A DNA stretch of 42,088 nt from an uncultured Intrasporangiaceae bacterium (GTDB lineage Bacteria; Actinomycetota; Actinomycetes; Actinomycetales; Dermatophilaceae): assembly GCA_964414665.1 (NCBI GenBank), contig CAYPYK010000002.1:1-42088 (forward strand), written 5' to 3'. A program made the position numbers and the translations under genes. Below are positions 17,467-25,488 of this stretch, piece after piece. The notes under the pieces were generated by a model, which was not told the origin of the DNA, searched no databases, and was given only the letters and a program-made list of their open reading frames with translations. Each line of letters opens with the position of its first letter. Within the stretch, counting starts at the first letter, position 1.

Positions 17467-18294
17467 TCAGGCTCCCTTGCTCTGGGGGGTGGGATCGGCG
17501 GCCAGCGCATGGGCGAGGTAGCTCGCGACCTCTCCTGGCGTCGTCCCGCGCCCGAAGATCCGGTCGACTCCCAGGCTGGGCGCCAGACCCTCTTCGAACC
17601 GCGGGCCGCCGACGACGAGCAGCGGGACCCGCCCGGCGGGGAACGCCTCGCGGAAGGCCGCCGACATCGCGGTCGTGTTGTGGATGTGGGCGTCGCGCTG
17701 GGTGACGACCTGGCTGACCAGGACCGCGTCGGCCCTGAGCTCGCGGGCCGTGTTGACGAGGTCGGGCACGAGGACCTGGGCACCGAGGTTGTGGACCTCG
17801 AGCTCGGTGTAGTACTCCAGGCCCTTCTCCCCCGCGAAGCCCTTGATGTTGAGGATGGCGTCGATGCCGACGGTGTGGGCGTCGGTGCCGATGCACGCCC
17901 CGACGACCACGAGCTTGCGGTGCAGCCGCGACTTGATCTGGGCGTTGACGTCCCGCCCGGACAGCAGGGGGAACTCGCGCTCGGTGACCGTGACGTCGCG
18001 GACGTCGACGAGGTGGGTCACCGATCCGTAGACGATGAAGTACGTGAAGTGCGGGCCGATCGCCTTGGCGTAGCTGAGCAGGGCGGGGTCCAGGCCCATC
18101 TTGGCCGCGAGCTGGAGAGCCGCCCCCTCCGCACGCTTGTCATGCGGCAGGGGCAGGGTGAAGGACACCTGCACCATGCCGTCGCCGGTCGTGTCGCCAT
18201 AGGGACGGATGAGCGGGCTCGGCTCCCGCAGGCTCAGCTCCTCGGCCAGGGCGTGCTCGCGGCGCCGCTGCGCCTCATGACCGGTGCGGCTCAT
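17467..18294 (-). CDS. kamE: Lysine 5,6-aminomutase beta subunit (B12- and PLP-binding)
   Basis: 275 aa from ATG 18294 (ATGA overlap with the kamD stop). Motifs are PYGDTTGDGMVQVSFTLPLP, the GTDAHTVGIDAI B12 motif (DxHxxG) and NIKGFAG, the PLP-lysine context. The rest of ORF 17467..19425 is shadow. Confidence 0.9.
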   Translation of the reverse strand: MSRTGHEAQRRREHALAEELSLREPSPLIRPYGDTTGDGMVQVSFTLPLPHDKRAEGAALQLAAKMGLDPALLSYAKAIGPHFTYFIVYGSVTHLVDVRDVTVTEREFPLLSGRDVNAQIKSRLHRKLVVVGACIGTDAHTVGIDAILNIKGFAGEKGLEYYTELEVHNLGAQVLVPDLVNTARELRADAVLVSQVVTQRDAHIHNTTAMSAAFREAFPAGRVPLLVVGGPRFEEGLAPSLGVDRIFGRGTTPGEVASYLAHALAADPTPQSKGA

Positions 18295-19895
18295 CGGGTG
18301 GCTCCCGTCTCGAGCAGGGTCGTGGCCGGGTTGTCGTAGCCGTCGGCCGTGCGGACCACCCCGTCCAGGCCCTTGCCCTTGGTCGGCGGCCGCTTCATCA
18401 GCCCGAACGTTCCGTCCTCGATGGCGGCCAGCAGGGGCTGCGGGTATGCCGGGTCGTCGCCGGAGTCCGCGACGATCCGCTCCAGCAGGGCGACCGCCTC
18501 GCCGAGCACGTGCCGCGCCCGGGTCTGGATGAACCCGTCGCGCGGCGGGTGGAAGTCCTCGGTGAGCCCGCCCGCGGCGTTCAGCACGTAGCGGACGTTC
18601 TGGAGGGCGTGGTCGCGGTCCGAGAGCCAGGGGGTGACGACGGCCTCGGTCATCATCCCGACGAGCAGGATGTCCTGGTCGGTGAGCGCCCCGGCGAGGT
18701 TGAAGAACCCGTCGAGCAGGAAGCCCCGGAAGATGTCGCCGGTCATGTGCTTGGTCGGCGGCATCCACTTCAGCGGCGCGTCGGGGAAGAGCCGCCGGGC
18801 GAGGAGGGCGTGGGCGAGCTCGAGCCGGAAGCTCTCGGGGATCGACGGGTCGATCTCGAAGGCGTGGCCGAGGCCCATCTGCCACGGCTGAAGGCCCGCC
18901 TCGGCAGCGAAGTACTCGTTGAGCAGCTGGCTGACCGTGACGGTGTGGGCGGCGTCGACGGCGTCGGCCGTCGTGAGGTAGTTGTCCTCGCCGGTGTTGA
19001 TGATGATGCCTGCTCGGGCGTGGACCTGGCGGCTGAACCGCTGGTCGACGAACGTGCGGATCGGGTTGATGTCGCGGAAGAGGATGCCGTACATCGAGTC
19101 GTTGAGCATCATGTCGAGCCGCTCGAGCCCCGCCAGGGCCGCGATCTCGGGCATGCACAGCCCGCTCGCGTAGTTGGTGAGCCGGATGTAGCGGCCGAGG
19201 TCCTTGCTCGACTCGTCGAGCGCCGCCCGCATGAGCCGGAAGTTCTCCTGGGTGGCGTAGGTGCCGGCGAAGCCCTCGCGGGTGGCCCCCTCGGGCACGT
19301 AGTCCAGGAGCGACTGCCCGGTGGAGCGGATGACGGCGATGACGTCGGCGCCCTCGCGCGCCGCGGCCTGGGCCTGCGGGATGTCCTCGTAGATGTCGCC
19401 GGTCGCGACGATGAGGTAGATCCATGGCTTGCGCTGGGGGTTGCCGTGTCGGCGGACCAGCCGCTCGCGGGTGGCGCGCTGCCGGTCGATGGCGCGGATG
19501 CCGCCGGCGACAGCCACCCGGGCGGCCCTGCGGGCGGCCGCGGCGTCGCGTCCCTCGGGCAGCCGGAACGACACCGAGCCGCTCGCGGCCATCTGGGCCA
19601 GCGTCAGCAGGTCCGGGGCCTCATGACGGCGCAGGGCGTCCCAGACCGGGGGCGTCACGCCGTGCTCGAGACCGACCTCGGCCCGGACGGCGTCGACGAG
19701 GTGGTTGACCCACGGGACTCGCTCATGGTCCGCCCCGGAGAGCCCGGCGAGGCGCAGCGTCGCGCGCTCGACCGAGACGGTGGTGTGGCTGCGGGCCAGG
19801 TCGACGACGGGCCGCCCGGCCCGGCGGGCCAGGGTGCGGGCGCGGCGGACAGCGGCGGGGTCGAGCTCGAGCAGGGGTCGCTGACGGGTAGACAC
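18291..19895 (-). CDS. kamD: Lysine 5,6-aminomutase alpha subunit
   Basis: 534 aa with a GTG start. There are long collinear matches to clostridial KamD as I remember it: HTTVSVERA..YLIVATGDIYEDIPQAQAAAREGADVIAVIRSTGQSLLDYVPEGATREGFAGTYATQENFRLMR..NYASGLCMPEIAA..NTGEDNYLTTADA. Confidence 0.9.
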   Translation of the reverse strand: MSTRQRPLLELDPAAVRRARTLARRAGRPVVDLARSHTTVSVERATLRLAGLSGADHERVPWVNHLVDAVRAEVGLEHGVTPPVWDALRRHEAPDLLTLAQMAASGSVSFRLPEGRDAAAARRAARVAVAGGIRAIDRQRATRERLVRRHGNPQRKPWIYLIVATGDIYEDIPQAQAAAREGADVIAVIRSTGQSLLDYVPEGATREGFAGTYATQENFRLMRAALDESSKDLGRYIRLTNYASGLCMPEIAALAGLERLDMMLNDSMYGILFRDINPIRTFVDQRFSRQVHARAGIIINTGEDNYLTTADAVDAAHTVTVSQLLNEYFAAEAGLQPWQMGLGHAFEIDPSIPESFRLELAHALLARRLFPDAPLKWMPPTKHMTGDIFRGFLLDGFFNLAGALTDQDILLVGMMTEAVVTPWLSDRDHALQNVRYVLNAAGGLTEDFHPPRDGFIQTRARHVLGEAVALLERIVADSGDDPAYPQPLLAAIEDGTFGLMKRPPTKGKGLDGVVRTADGYDNPATTLLETGATR

Positions 19896-19901
19896 AGGCT
19901 C

Positions 19902-19910
19902 AATCTATCA
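19902..19910 (-). promoter_or_regulatory. Extended -10-like element TGATAGATT, 6 nt upstream of the kamD GTG (leaderless-transcript candidate)
   Basis: The minus strand reads CCTTGATAGATT-GAGCCT-GTG. There is no convincing Shine-Dalgarno sequence in the 6-nt spacer. Confidence 0.35.
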
Positions 19911-19934
19911 AGGTCGCGGTGTAGATCCTGCGGA

Positions 19935-20040
19935 CTGGGTCGCCAATCACGGAAAAACCTACGGTATGTGCCTCTCAGAGCGGCAGATCTGCATGTTCTT
20001 GGCGGTGGCACCCACCGCCTGCCACCCGCCGGCGACCCAG
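19935..20040 (-). other. 106-nt element closed by a 10-bp inverted repeat, with internal alternative hairpins
   Basis: CTGGGTCGCC (19935-19944) pairs with GGCGACCCAG (20031-20040). Inside are an 8-bp hairpin GGCGGTGG-CAC-CCACCGCC (20001-20019), a competing 7-bp pairing that uses the same arm, and the palindrome GCAGATCTGC (19983-19992). Confidence 0.3.
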
Positions 20041-20044
20041 CCGG

Positions 20045-20224
20045 TCAGTCTCGCGGCGGCCCGTCCTTCCGGCCGGCGTCGCGCCGGTGCCGCCACCCCC
20101 CGATGAGCATCATCGTGGCGAGGACGGTCAGGAAGACCACCGCCAGCACGAACGCGAAGCGGAACATCCCGAACCGCTGGGTGGCGAGCAGGGCGGGGAG
20201 CAGGGTCGGCGCGCGCACCGGCAT
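20045..20224 (-). CDS. Hypothetical small single-TM membrane protein
   Basis: This is the last 59 aa of ORF 20045..21337, starting at ATG 20224 (MPVRAPTLLPALLATQRFGMFRFAFVLAVVFLTVLATMMLIGGWRHRRDAGRKDGPPRD). The hydrophobic core is unlike GC-shadow ORFs. The SD is weak, and a hairpin at the xfp stop may terminate transcription before it. Confidence 0.4.
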   Translation of the reverse strand: MPVRAPTLLPALLATQRFGMFRFAFVLAVVFLTVLATMMLIGGWRHRRDAGRKDGPPRD

Positions 20225-20260
20225 ACCGTCTCGCAGGCACCTGGACGTCCCCTGTGCAGG

Positions 20261-20291
20261 GGCGGGGCCGGCTAGCCGGCCTCGCCCCGCC
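20261..20291 (-). terminator. GC hairpin spanning the phosphoketolase stop codon
   Basis: GGCGGGG (20261-20267) pairs with CCCCGCC (20285-20291). The stem encloses the palindrome GCCGGCTAGCCGGC, which contains the TAG stop. There is no U-tract. Confidence 0.3.
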
Positions 20292-22677
20292 AGGTCCACT
20301 CGGCGATGTCGGGCAGGTCCTGCAGGTGCTCGCGGATGTAGACCTCGTGCTCGGCGAGGCGCCGGTCGCACAGCTGGACCAGGGAGTTCCAACCGGCTGT
20401 GCGGCGCGAGGAGCGGCGCAGGGCCTCCTTGACGAGGTGGAAGCGGCTCATCCGGTTGAGGACGACCATGTCGAACGGGGTCGTCGTCGTGCCCTGCTCG
20501 TTGAACCCTCGCACGTGGAACCGGCCGGGCGCCGTGCGCCCGTGGACGAGCTGGTGGATCGCCCGCGGGTAGCCGTGGAAGGCGAACACGACGTGCTTGT
20601 CGGCTGTGAAGAGGTCGTCGAACTGGGTGTCGGTGAACCCGTGCGGATGGTCGTCCTCGGGGAGCAGCGCCATGAGGTCGACGATGTTGACGACGCGCAC
20701 CCGCAGGTCGGGCACGCCCTCGCGGAGCAGCTCGGCCGCGGCCAGCGTCTCCTGGGTCGGCACGTCGCCGGCGCAGGCGAGCACGATATCGGGCTCCTCG
20801 CCCTCCTCGCAGGTGCCGGCCCAGTCCCACACGCCCGCGCCGGCGGCACAGTGCTCGTTCGCCTCCTCGAGGGTGAGGTACTGCAGGTGCTTCTGCTTGT
20901 CGACGACGATGAGGTTGGCGTGGTTCTCGCTGCGCAGGCAGTGGTCGGTGATCGACAGGGTGCAGTTCGCGTCCGGTGGCAGCCAGACGCGCACAACATC
21001 GGGGGCGAGCGGGATGAGGGCGTCGATCAGGCCCGGACCCTGGTGGGAGAAACCGTTGTGGTCGTTGCGCCAGCACGTCGAGGTGAGCAGCACGTTGAGG
21101 GAGGAGACGGGGGCGCGCCAGCGCAGGGGCATCGCGTGCTGGAGCCACTTCACGTGCTGGATCGCCATCGACGCCGAGACCATGGCGAAGGCCTCGTAGG
21201 TCGCGAACATCCCGTGCCGCCCGCTCAGCAGGTAGCCCTCGAGCCACCCCTCGCACAGATGCTCGCTCAGCACCTCCATCACCCGGCCGTCGGGTCCGAT
21301 CTGGGTGTCGGTGGGCACCAGCGGTGCCTGGAAGCACCGGTCGGTCTGTTCGAAGACGGCCTGGAGCCGGTTGCTCGCGGTCTCGTCGGGGCAGAACAGG
21401 CGGAAGGTGCCGCCGCCGTCGGGCCGGGTGTCAGCCGCATAGATGTCGCGCATCAGCTCGCCGATGGTCCGGGTGTTCTCGACCCAGCTCTGGCCGGGCA
21501 CCTCCACCGGGACCTCGTACGCGGGCAGGTCGGGGATCGGGAGGTCGGTCCGCAGCCGGCCTCCGTTGGCGTACGGGGTGGCCGACATCCGCTTGTCGCC
21601 CTCGGGGGCCAGGGCTCGCAGCTCGGGCACGAGGCGACCTGCCTCGTCGAACAGCGCCTCGGGCTGGTAGCTGCGCATCCACTCCTCGAGCATCCGCAGA
21701 TGCTCGGGGTTCTCCGCGAGCCCCGACAGCGGGACCTGGTGCGACAGGTTGGTGCCCTCGACGACGATGCCGTCGACCTCGTGCGGGCCGGTCCAACCCT
21801 TCGGGGTGCGCATGACGATGGCCGGCCAGCGGTGCCTCCCGGTGGGGCTGGAGGCCCCCTCGGAGCGGGCCCGCGTCCGAAGGTCCTGGATCCGCTCGTA
21901 GGCACTGCGCAACGCCGCATACATCGCGGGGAAGACCTCGCGGGGGTCGTCACCGGCCACCGTCACCGGGTCCCAGCCCTGGCTGCGCAGGTAGGACTCG
22001 ACGTCCTCGTCGCTCGTGCGCCCGAGGACGGTGGGGCCGGCGATCTTGTAGCCGTTGAGGTGGAGGATCGGCAGCACCGCACCGTCGCGTCGCGGGTTGA
22101 GGAAGTTGGGCAACCGCCACGACGCGGACAACGGGCCCGTCTCCGCCTCCCCGTCACCGACGACGCACGCCACGATCACGTCGGGATGGTCGAAGGCGGC
22201 GCCGGCCGCGTGGACGAGCGAGTAGCCCAGCTCGCCGCCCTCGTGGATCGACCCCGGGGTCTGGACGCTGACGTGGCTCGGCACCCCACCCGGTGTCGAG
22301 AACTGCCGGAACAGCGCCCGCACTCCGACCCCGTCGGCGCCGATGCTCGGGTAGACCTCGGAGTAGGTGCCCTCCAGCCAGGCGGCGGCCAGGAGCGCGG
22401 GGCCGCCGTGGCCCGGGCCGGTGACGTAGAGCCAGTCGCTGTCGGTCTCGCGGATCACCCGGTTGACCAGCGTGTAGACCATCGACAGACCCGGGCTGGT
22501 CCCCCAGTGCCCGAGCAGGCGCGGCTTGATGTGCTCGAGGGTGAGGGGCTGGCGAAGCAGCGCGTTGCGCTGGAGGTAGATCTGGCCGACCGTGAGGTAG
22601 TTGGCAGCGGCCCACCACCTCAGGTCCAGGTCGAGGTCGCCCGGGGAGTACGTGACGGTGGGCTGCGTGACGGTCAT
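20272..22677 (-). CDS. xfp: Phosphoketolase (xylulose-5-P / fructose-6-P phosphoketolase, ThDP-dependent)
   Basis: 801 aa from ATG 22677; ORF 20272..23265 was trimmed. The motifs are canonical: RWWAAANYLTVGQIYL, GHWGTSPG, GPGHGGPA, SIHEGGELGY, VGDGEAETGP, LHLNGYKI, HQVP, DETASNRL, GRHG, WRNDHNGFSHQ and GDVPTQE. Confidence 0.92.
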   Translation of the reverse strand: MTVTQPTVTYSPGDLDLDLRWWAAANYLTVGQIYLQRNALLRQPLTLEHIKPRLLGHWGTSPGLSMVYTLVNRVIRETDSDWLYVTGPGHGGPALLAAAWLEGTYSEVYPSIGADGVGVRALFRQFSTPGGVPSHVSVQTPGSIHEGGELGYSLVHAAGAAFDHPDVIVACVVGDGEAETGPLSASWRLPNFLNPRRDGAVLPILHLNGYKIAGPTVLGRTSDEDVESYLRSQGWDPVTVAGDDPREVFPAMYAALRSAYERIQDLRTRARSEGASSPTGRHRWPAIVMRTPKGWTGPHEVDGIVVEGTNLSHQVPLSGLAENPEHLRMLEEWMRSYQPEALFDEAGRLVPELRALAPEGDKRMSATPYANGGRLRTDLPIPDLPAYEVPVEVPGQSWVENTRTIGELMRDIYAADTRPDGGGTFRLFCPDETASNRLQAVFEQTDRCFQAPLVPTDTQIGPDGRVMEVLSEHLCEGWLEGYLLSGRHGMFATYEAFAMVSASMAIQHVKWLQHAMPLRWRAPVSSLNVLLTSTCWRNDHNGFSHQGPGLIDALIPLAPDVVRVWLPPDANCTLSITDHCLRSENHANLIVVDKQKHLQYLTLEEANEHCAAGAGVWDWAGTCEEGEEPDIVLACAGDVPTQETLAAAELLREGVPDLRVRVVNIVDLMALLPEDDHPHGFTDTQFDDLFTADKHVVFAFHGYPRAIHQLVHGRTAPGRFHVRGFNEQGTTTTPFDMVVLNRMSRFHLVKEALRRSSRRTAGWNSLVQLCDRRLAEHEVYIREHLQDLPDIAEWTWRGEAG

Positions 22678-22726
22678 GCCACCATCGAACCCCTGTCCGC
22701 CGGCCGAGGCAACAGCAGGCGCGGGC

Positions 22727-23827
22727 TCAGCGGCGGGGCTCGAGGCGGGACTCGAAAAGGGTCCGCACGTCGGAGTTCGCGCGCAGGAGGTCCAGGGCGT
22801 ATGCCGCGTGTCCGGGAACGTACCCGTTGCCGACGAGCATCCGCACGTCGGCCGCCAGGCCCTCGGCGCCGAGGGCCGCGGCGGCGAAGCTGGTGGCCAT
22901 CGAGAAGAAGATGATGGTGCCGCCCTGGGCGGTCGAAAGGATCGCCGGCTGCTCGCACCCCGGGACGTCGACGCAGACCACGGTGATGTCAGCGGGGCCT
23001 CCCGCGGCGGCCACCGCCTCGGAGAGGCCGAGCGGGCTGCGGGCGTCGGCGATGACCACGTCGTCGGCGAGCGACGTGGCGCCCAGCAGCTCCGCCTCGC
23101 TGGTGACCGGGACGACGCCGATCCGGCGGCCGGCCCCGGCGTCGGCCGCCGCGGCCAGCGAGAGCGACCCCGACTTGCCGGCCCCCCCGAGGACGAGGAC
23201 GGTCGGCTCCACGCCGCGCGCGGCATACTCACGGACCAACCTGGCCACGAGGGCGGGCGCGCCACACACGTCCATCACCATCAGGGCGAGGTCGGGGCTG
23301 AGGTCGTCGGGGAGCCGGGCGGCGATCGAGCGTCCGAACAGGATCGCGTGCCCCTGTGCCGGGACCCGCTCGGAACGGCCGTCCCAGCGGGCCAGTCCGT
23401 CGCTCACCCGCAGCGGGGTGAGCGAGAGCGAGACCAACGTGGCGACGCGGTCGCCCGGCGCCAGGGCGAGGGTGGCCTCCGGTCCGACCTCCTCGACGGT
23501 GCCGATGAGCATGCCGCCGGAGCCCGTCACGGGGTTCTGCATCTTCCCCCGGGTGCCGATGATCTCCAGGACGGTCGTCCGCAGGGCCTCCCCGTCGACC
23601 TCGCCGTCCGGGCCGCGGTGCGAGTCGGCGAGCTGGCGGTAGGACGCCGCGTCGAGGTTGAGTGTCTCGACCGCGATGCGGGTCTCGTCCGGCCAGAGCT
23701 CGGGCCCGGCGTCGAGGACCCGGGCGGCCTGGGGCAGGGACTCCCCCGCGGGGTCGAGCACCCGATGCAGACCGACCGGGGAGGCTGGCGTAGTGCGCGA
23801 AGTTGTGGACGGGTCAACCGTAGACAC
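22727..23827 (-). CDS. kdd: L-erythro-3,5-diaminohexanoate dehydrogenase
   Basis: 366 aa. The GTG start lies 5 nt after AGGAGA. The sequence reads IAVETLNLDAASYRQL..GKMQNPVTGSGGMLIGTVEEVG..GDRVATLVSLSLTPL..VLGGAGKSGSLS, which resembles Kdd proteins as I recall them. It is adjacent to kamA. Confidence 0.8.
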   Translation of the reverse strand: MSTVDPSTTSRTTPASPVGLHRVLDPAGESLPQAARVLDAGPELWPDETRIAVETLNLDAASYRQLADSHRGPDGEVDGEALRTTVLEIIGTRGKMQNPVTGSGGMLIGTVEEVGPEATLALAPGDRVATLVSLSLTPLRVSDGLARWDGRSERVPAQGHAILFGRSIAARLPDDLSPDLALMVMDVCGAPALVARLVREYAARGVEPTVLVLGGAGKSGSLSLAAAADAGAGRRIGVVPVTSEAELLGATSLADDVVIADARSPLGLSEAVAAAGGPADITVVCVDVPGCEQPAILSTAQGGTIIFFSMATSFAAAALGAEGLAADVRMLVGNGYVPGHAAYALDLLRANSDVRTLFESRLEPRR

Positions 23828-23876
23828 AGATTCTCCTGTTCAAACACCACCGGCATGTAAGTTCTCCGGCATTGGG

Positions 23877-23906
23877 GCGACAATTCTAAACTTCGTTGCG
23901 TATCCT
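23877..23906 (+). promoter_or_regulatory. Candidate housekeeping-type promoter for kamA (gcGACA-N18-TATCCT), with the -10 element 7 nt before the ATG
   Basis: GCGACA is at 23877-23882 and TATCCT is at 23901-23906. The kamA ATG is at 23914. No SD-like sequence lies between them. Confidence 0.3.
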
Positions 23907-23913
23907 GTCATCT

Positions 23914-25359
23914 ATGAGCATCCTCATCGAGCAGCCCTACGTCTACCGGCGCCACGAGCTGACCGAGCCCGACTGGACCCGACTGCCCGGGTGGCGCGAC
24001 GTCACCACCGAGCAGTGGGAGGACGCCCAGTGGCAGCGGTCGCACTGCGTCAAGTCCGTCGACCAGCTGCGCGACCTGATGGGCCCCCTCCTCACCGACG
24101 GCTTCTACGCGGACCTCGTCCGCGACCAGGCCGAGCGCGCGACGATGTCGATGCTCGTCACGCCCCAGATGATGAACACCATGGTGCCCGCCCCCGACGG
24201 CGACGCGCCGCCGGCCGGGGCGGCCTACACCGAGGCCTTCTACGCCGACCCGGTGCGGCAGTACATGCTCCCGGTCTTCTCCGACCGGCGCACCGACTGG
24301 CCGTCGCACCCGTTCGCCATCCGTGACAGTCTGCACGAGCACGACATGTGGGCGGTCGAGGGGCTCACCCACCGCTACCCCACCAAGGTCCTGGCCGAGA
24401 TGCTCTCGACGTGCCCGCAGTACTGCGGGCACTGCACCCGGATGGACCTCGTCGGCAACCCGACCCCGCAGTTCACCAAGCTCAAGCTGGCCGGCAGGCC
24501 GACGGACCGCTACGACGCGATGATCGACTACCTCAAGGCCACGCCCGGCGTCCGCGACGTCGTCGTCTCGGGCGGGGACGTGGCGAACCTGCCGTGGAAG
24601 AGCATCGAGAGCTTCATCGGACGGCTCCTCGAGGTCGAGACCATCCGCGACATCCGGCTCGCCACCAAGGCGCTGATGGCCCTCCCCCAGCACTGGCTGC
24701 AGGGCGAGGTCGTCGACGGCATGGGGCGGATCTCGGCCGCGGCCAGGGAGCGCGGGGTGTCGGTGGCCATCCACACCCACGTCAACCACCGCAACTCGGT
24801 CACCCCGCTCGTCGCCAAGGCAGCCAAGGCGATGCTCGACGCAGGGGTCCGCGACGTGCGCAACCAGGGCGTGCTGCTGCGCGGCGTCAACGACACCCCC
24901 GAGAAGCTGCTCGACCTGTGCTTCGCCCTCCAGGACGATGCGCTCATCACGCCCTACTACTTCTACCTCTGCGACATGATCCCGTTCGCCGAGCACTGGC
25001 GGCTCTCACTGAGGGAGGCCCAGGAGCTCCAGCACGCGATCATGGGCTACCTGCCCGGCTTCGCGACCCCGAGGGTCGTCTGCGACGTGCCCTTCGTCGG
25101 CAAGCGCTGGGTGCATCAGGTCGAGACCTACGACACCGAGCGCGGGATGTCGTTCTGGCGCAAGCACTACCGCACCTCGATCGAGGCGGACGACGAGCAG
25201 GCACTCTCCCGCGAGTACGTCTACTACGACCCGATCTACACCCTGCCCGACACGGGCCAGGAGTGGTGGCGGCGCAACACCGACGTCGACGCCGCGCACG
25301 CCGCGGCGCTCGCCGGGGCGGCGGCGAGCCGGTCGGCGTCGGCAGCCGACCTCGTCTGA
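23914..25359 (+). CDS. kamA: KamA-family radical SAM aminomutase (lysine 2,3-aminomutase-like, long actinobacterial form)
   Basis: 481 aa from ATG 23914; the track's TTG 23896 was rejected. Motifs are GLTHRYP, CPQYCGHCTR (CxxxCxxC), VVVSGGD, NQGVLLRGVND, YYFYLCD and VCDVPFVGK. Confidence 0.88.
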   Translation: MSILIEQPYVYRRHELTEPDWTRLPGWRDVTTEQWEDAQWQRSHCVKSVDQLRDLMGPLLTDGFYADLVRDQAERATMSMLVTPQMMNTMVPAPDGDAPPAGAAYTEAFYADPVRQYMLPVFSDRRTDWPSHPFAIRDSLHEHDMWAVEGLTHRYPTKVLAEMLSTCPQYCGHCTRMDLVGNPTPQFTKLKLAGRPTDRYDAMIDYLKATPGVRDVVVSGGDVANLPWKSIESFIGRLLEVETIRDIRLATKALMALPQHWLQGEVVDGMGRISAAARERGVSVAIHTHVNHRNSVTPLVAKAAKAMLDAGVRDVRNQGVLLRGVNDTPEKLLDLCFALQDDALITPYYFYLCDMIPFAEHWRLSLREAQELQHAIMGYLPGFATPRVVCDVPFVGKRWVHQVETYDTERGMSFWRKHYRTSIEADDEQALSREYVYYDPIYTLPDTGQEWWRRNTDVDAAHAAALAGAAASRSASAADLV

Positions 25360-25488
25360 CCCGGGCTGCGCGGCCCCCGGGCGGGGCTGGACGGCTGCCT
25401 CGCGCGCCGGACGCGGCCCGGCATGCGGTGAGGTCAGGTCGACCAGCTGGGCGCCGGCCCGGCCCGCATCTCCCGCTGAGCGCGCCGC

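Noticed and set aside
19896-20044. Lysine (L-box) or cobalamin riboswitch upstream of kamD
   Set aside because: It is attractive functionally. However, the region is too short for either class, and I find no B12 box or L-box conserved core. kamD also appears to have its -10 element only 6 nt from the start codon. I reported it only as an unclassified structured element.
20272-22677. Phosphoketolase homologue acting as a functional replacement for the missing Kce on 3-keto-5-aminohexanoate
   Set aside because: The protein keeps all canonical phosphoketolase motifs. The ThDP mechanism needs an alpha-hydroxy-ketone sugar phosphate, and a beta-keto amino acid is not a plausible substrate. I kept only the co-expression and metabolic-coupling idea.
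20254-22914. 886-aa plus-strand ORF, and the minus-strand ORFs 20045..21337, 20448..20999 and 21453..21953 overlapping it
   Set aside because: All overlap the phosphoketolase gene, whose frame carries every hallmark motif. The overlapping ORFs are low-complexity R/G/P/A sequences. I kept only the last 59 codons of 20045..21337, downstream of xfp, as a possible small membrane protein.
23896-23913. TTG 23896 as the kamA start (the track's start)
   Set aside because: It would add MRILSS with no SD sequence. It would also place the start inside the TATCCT -10-like hexamer. ATG 23914 fits a leaderless arrangement. This remains unproven.
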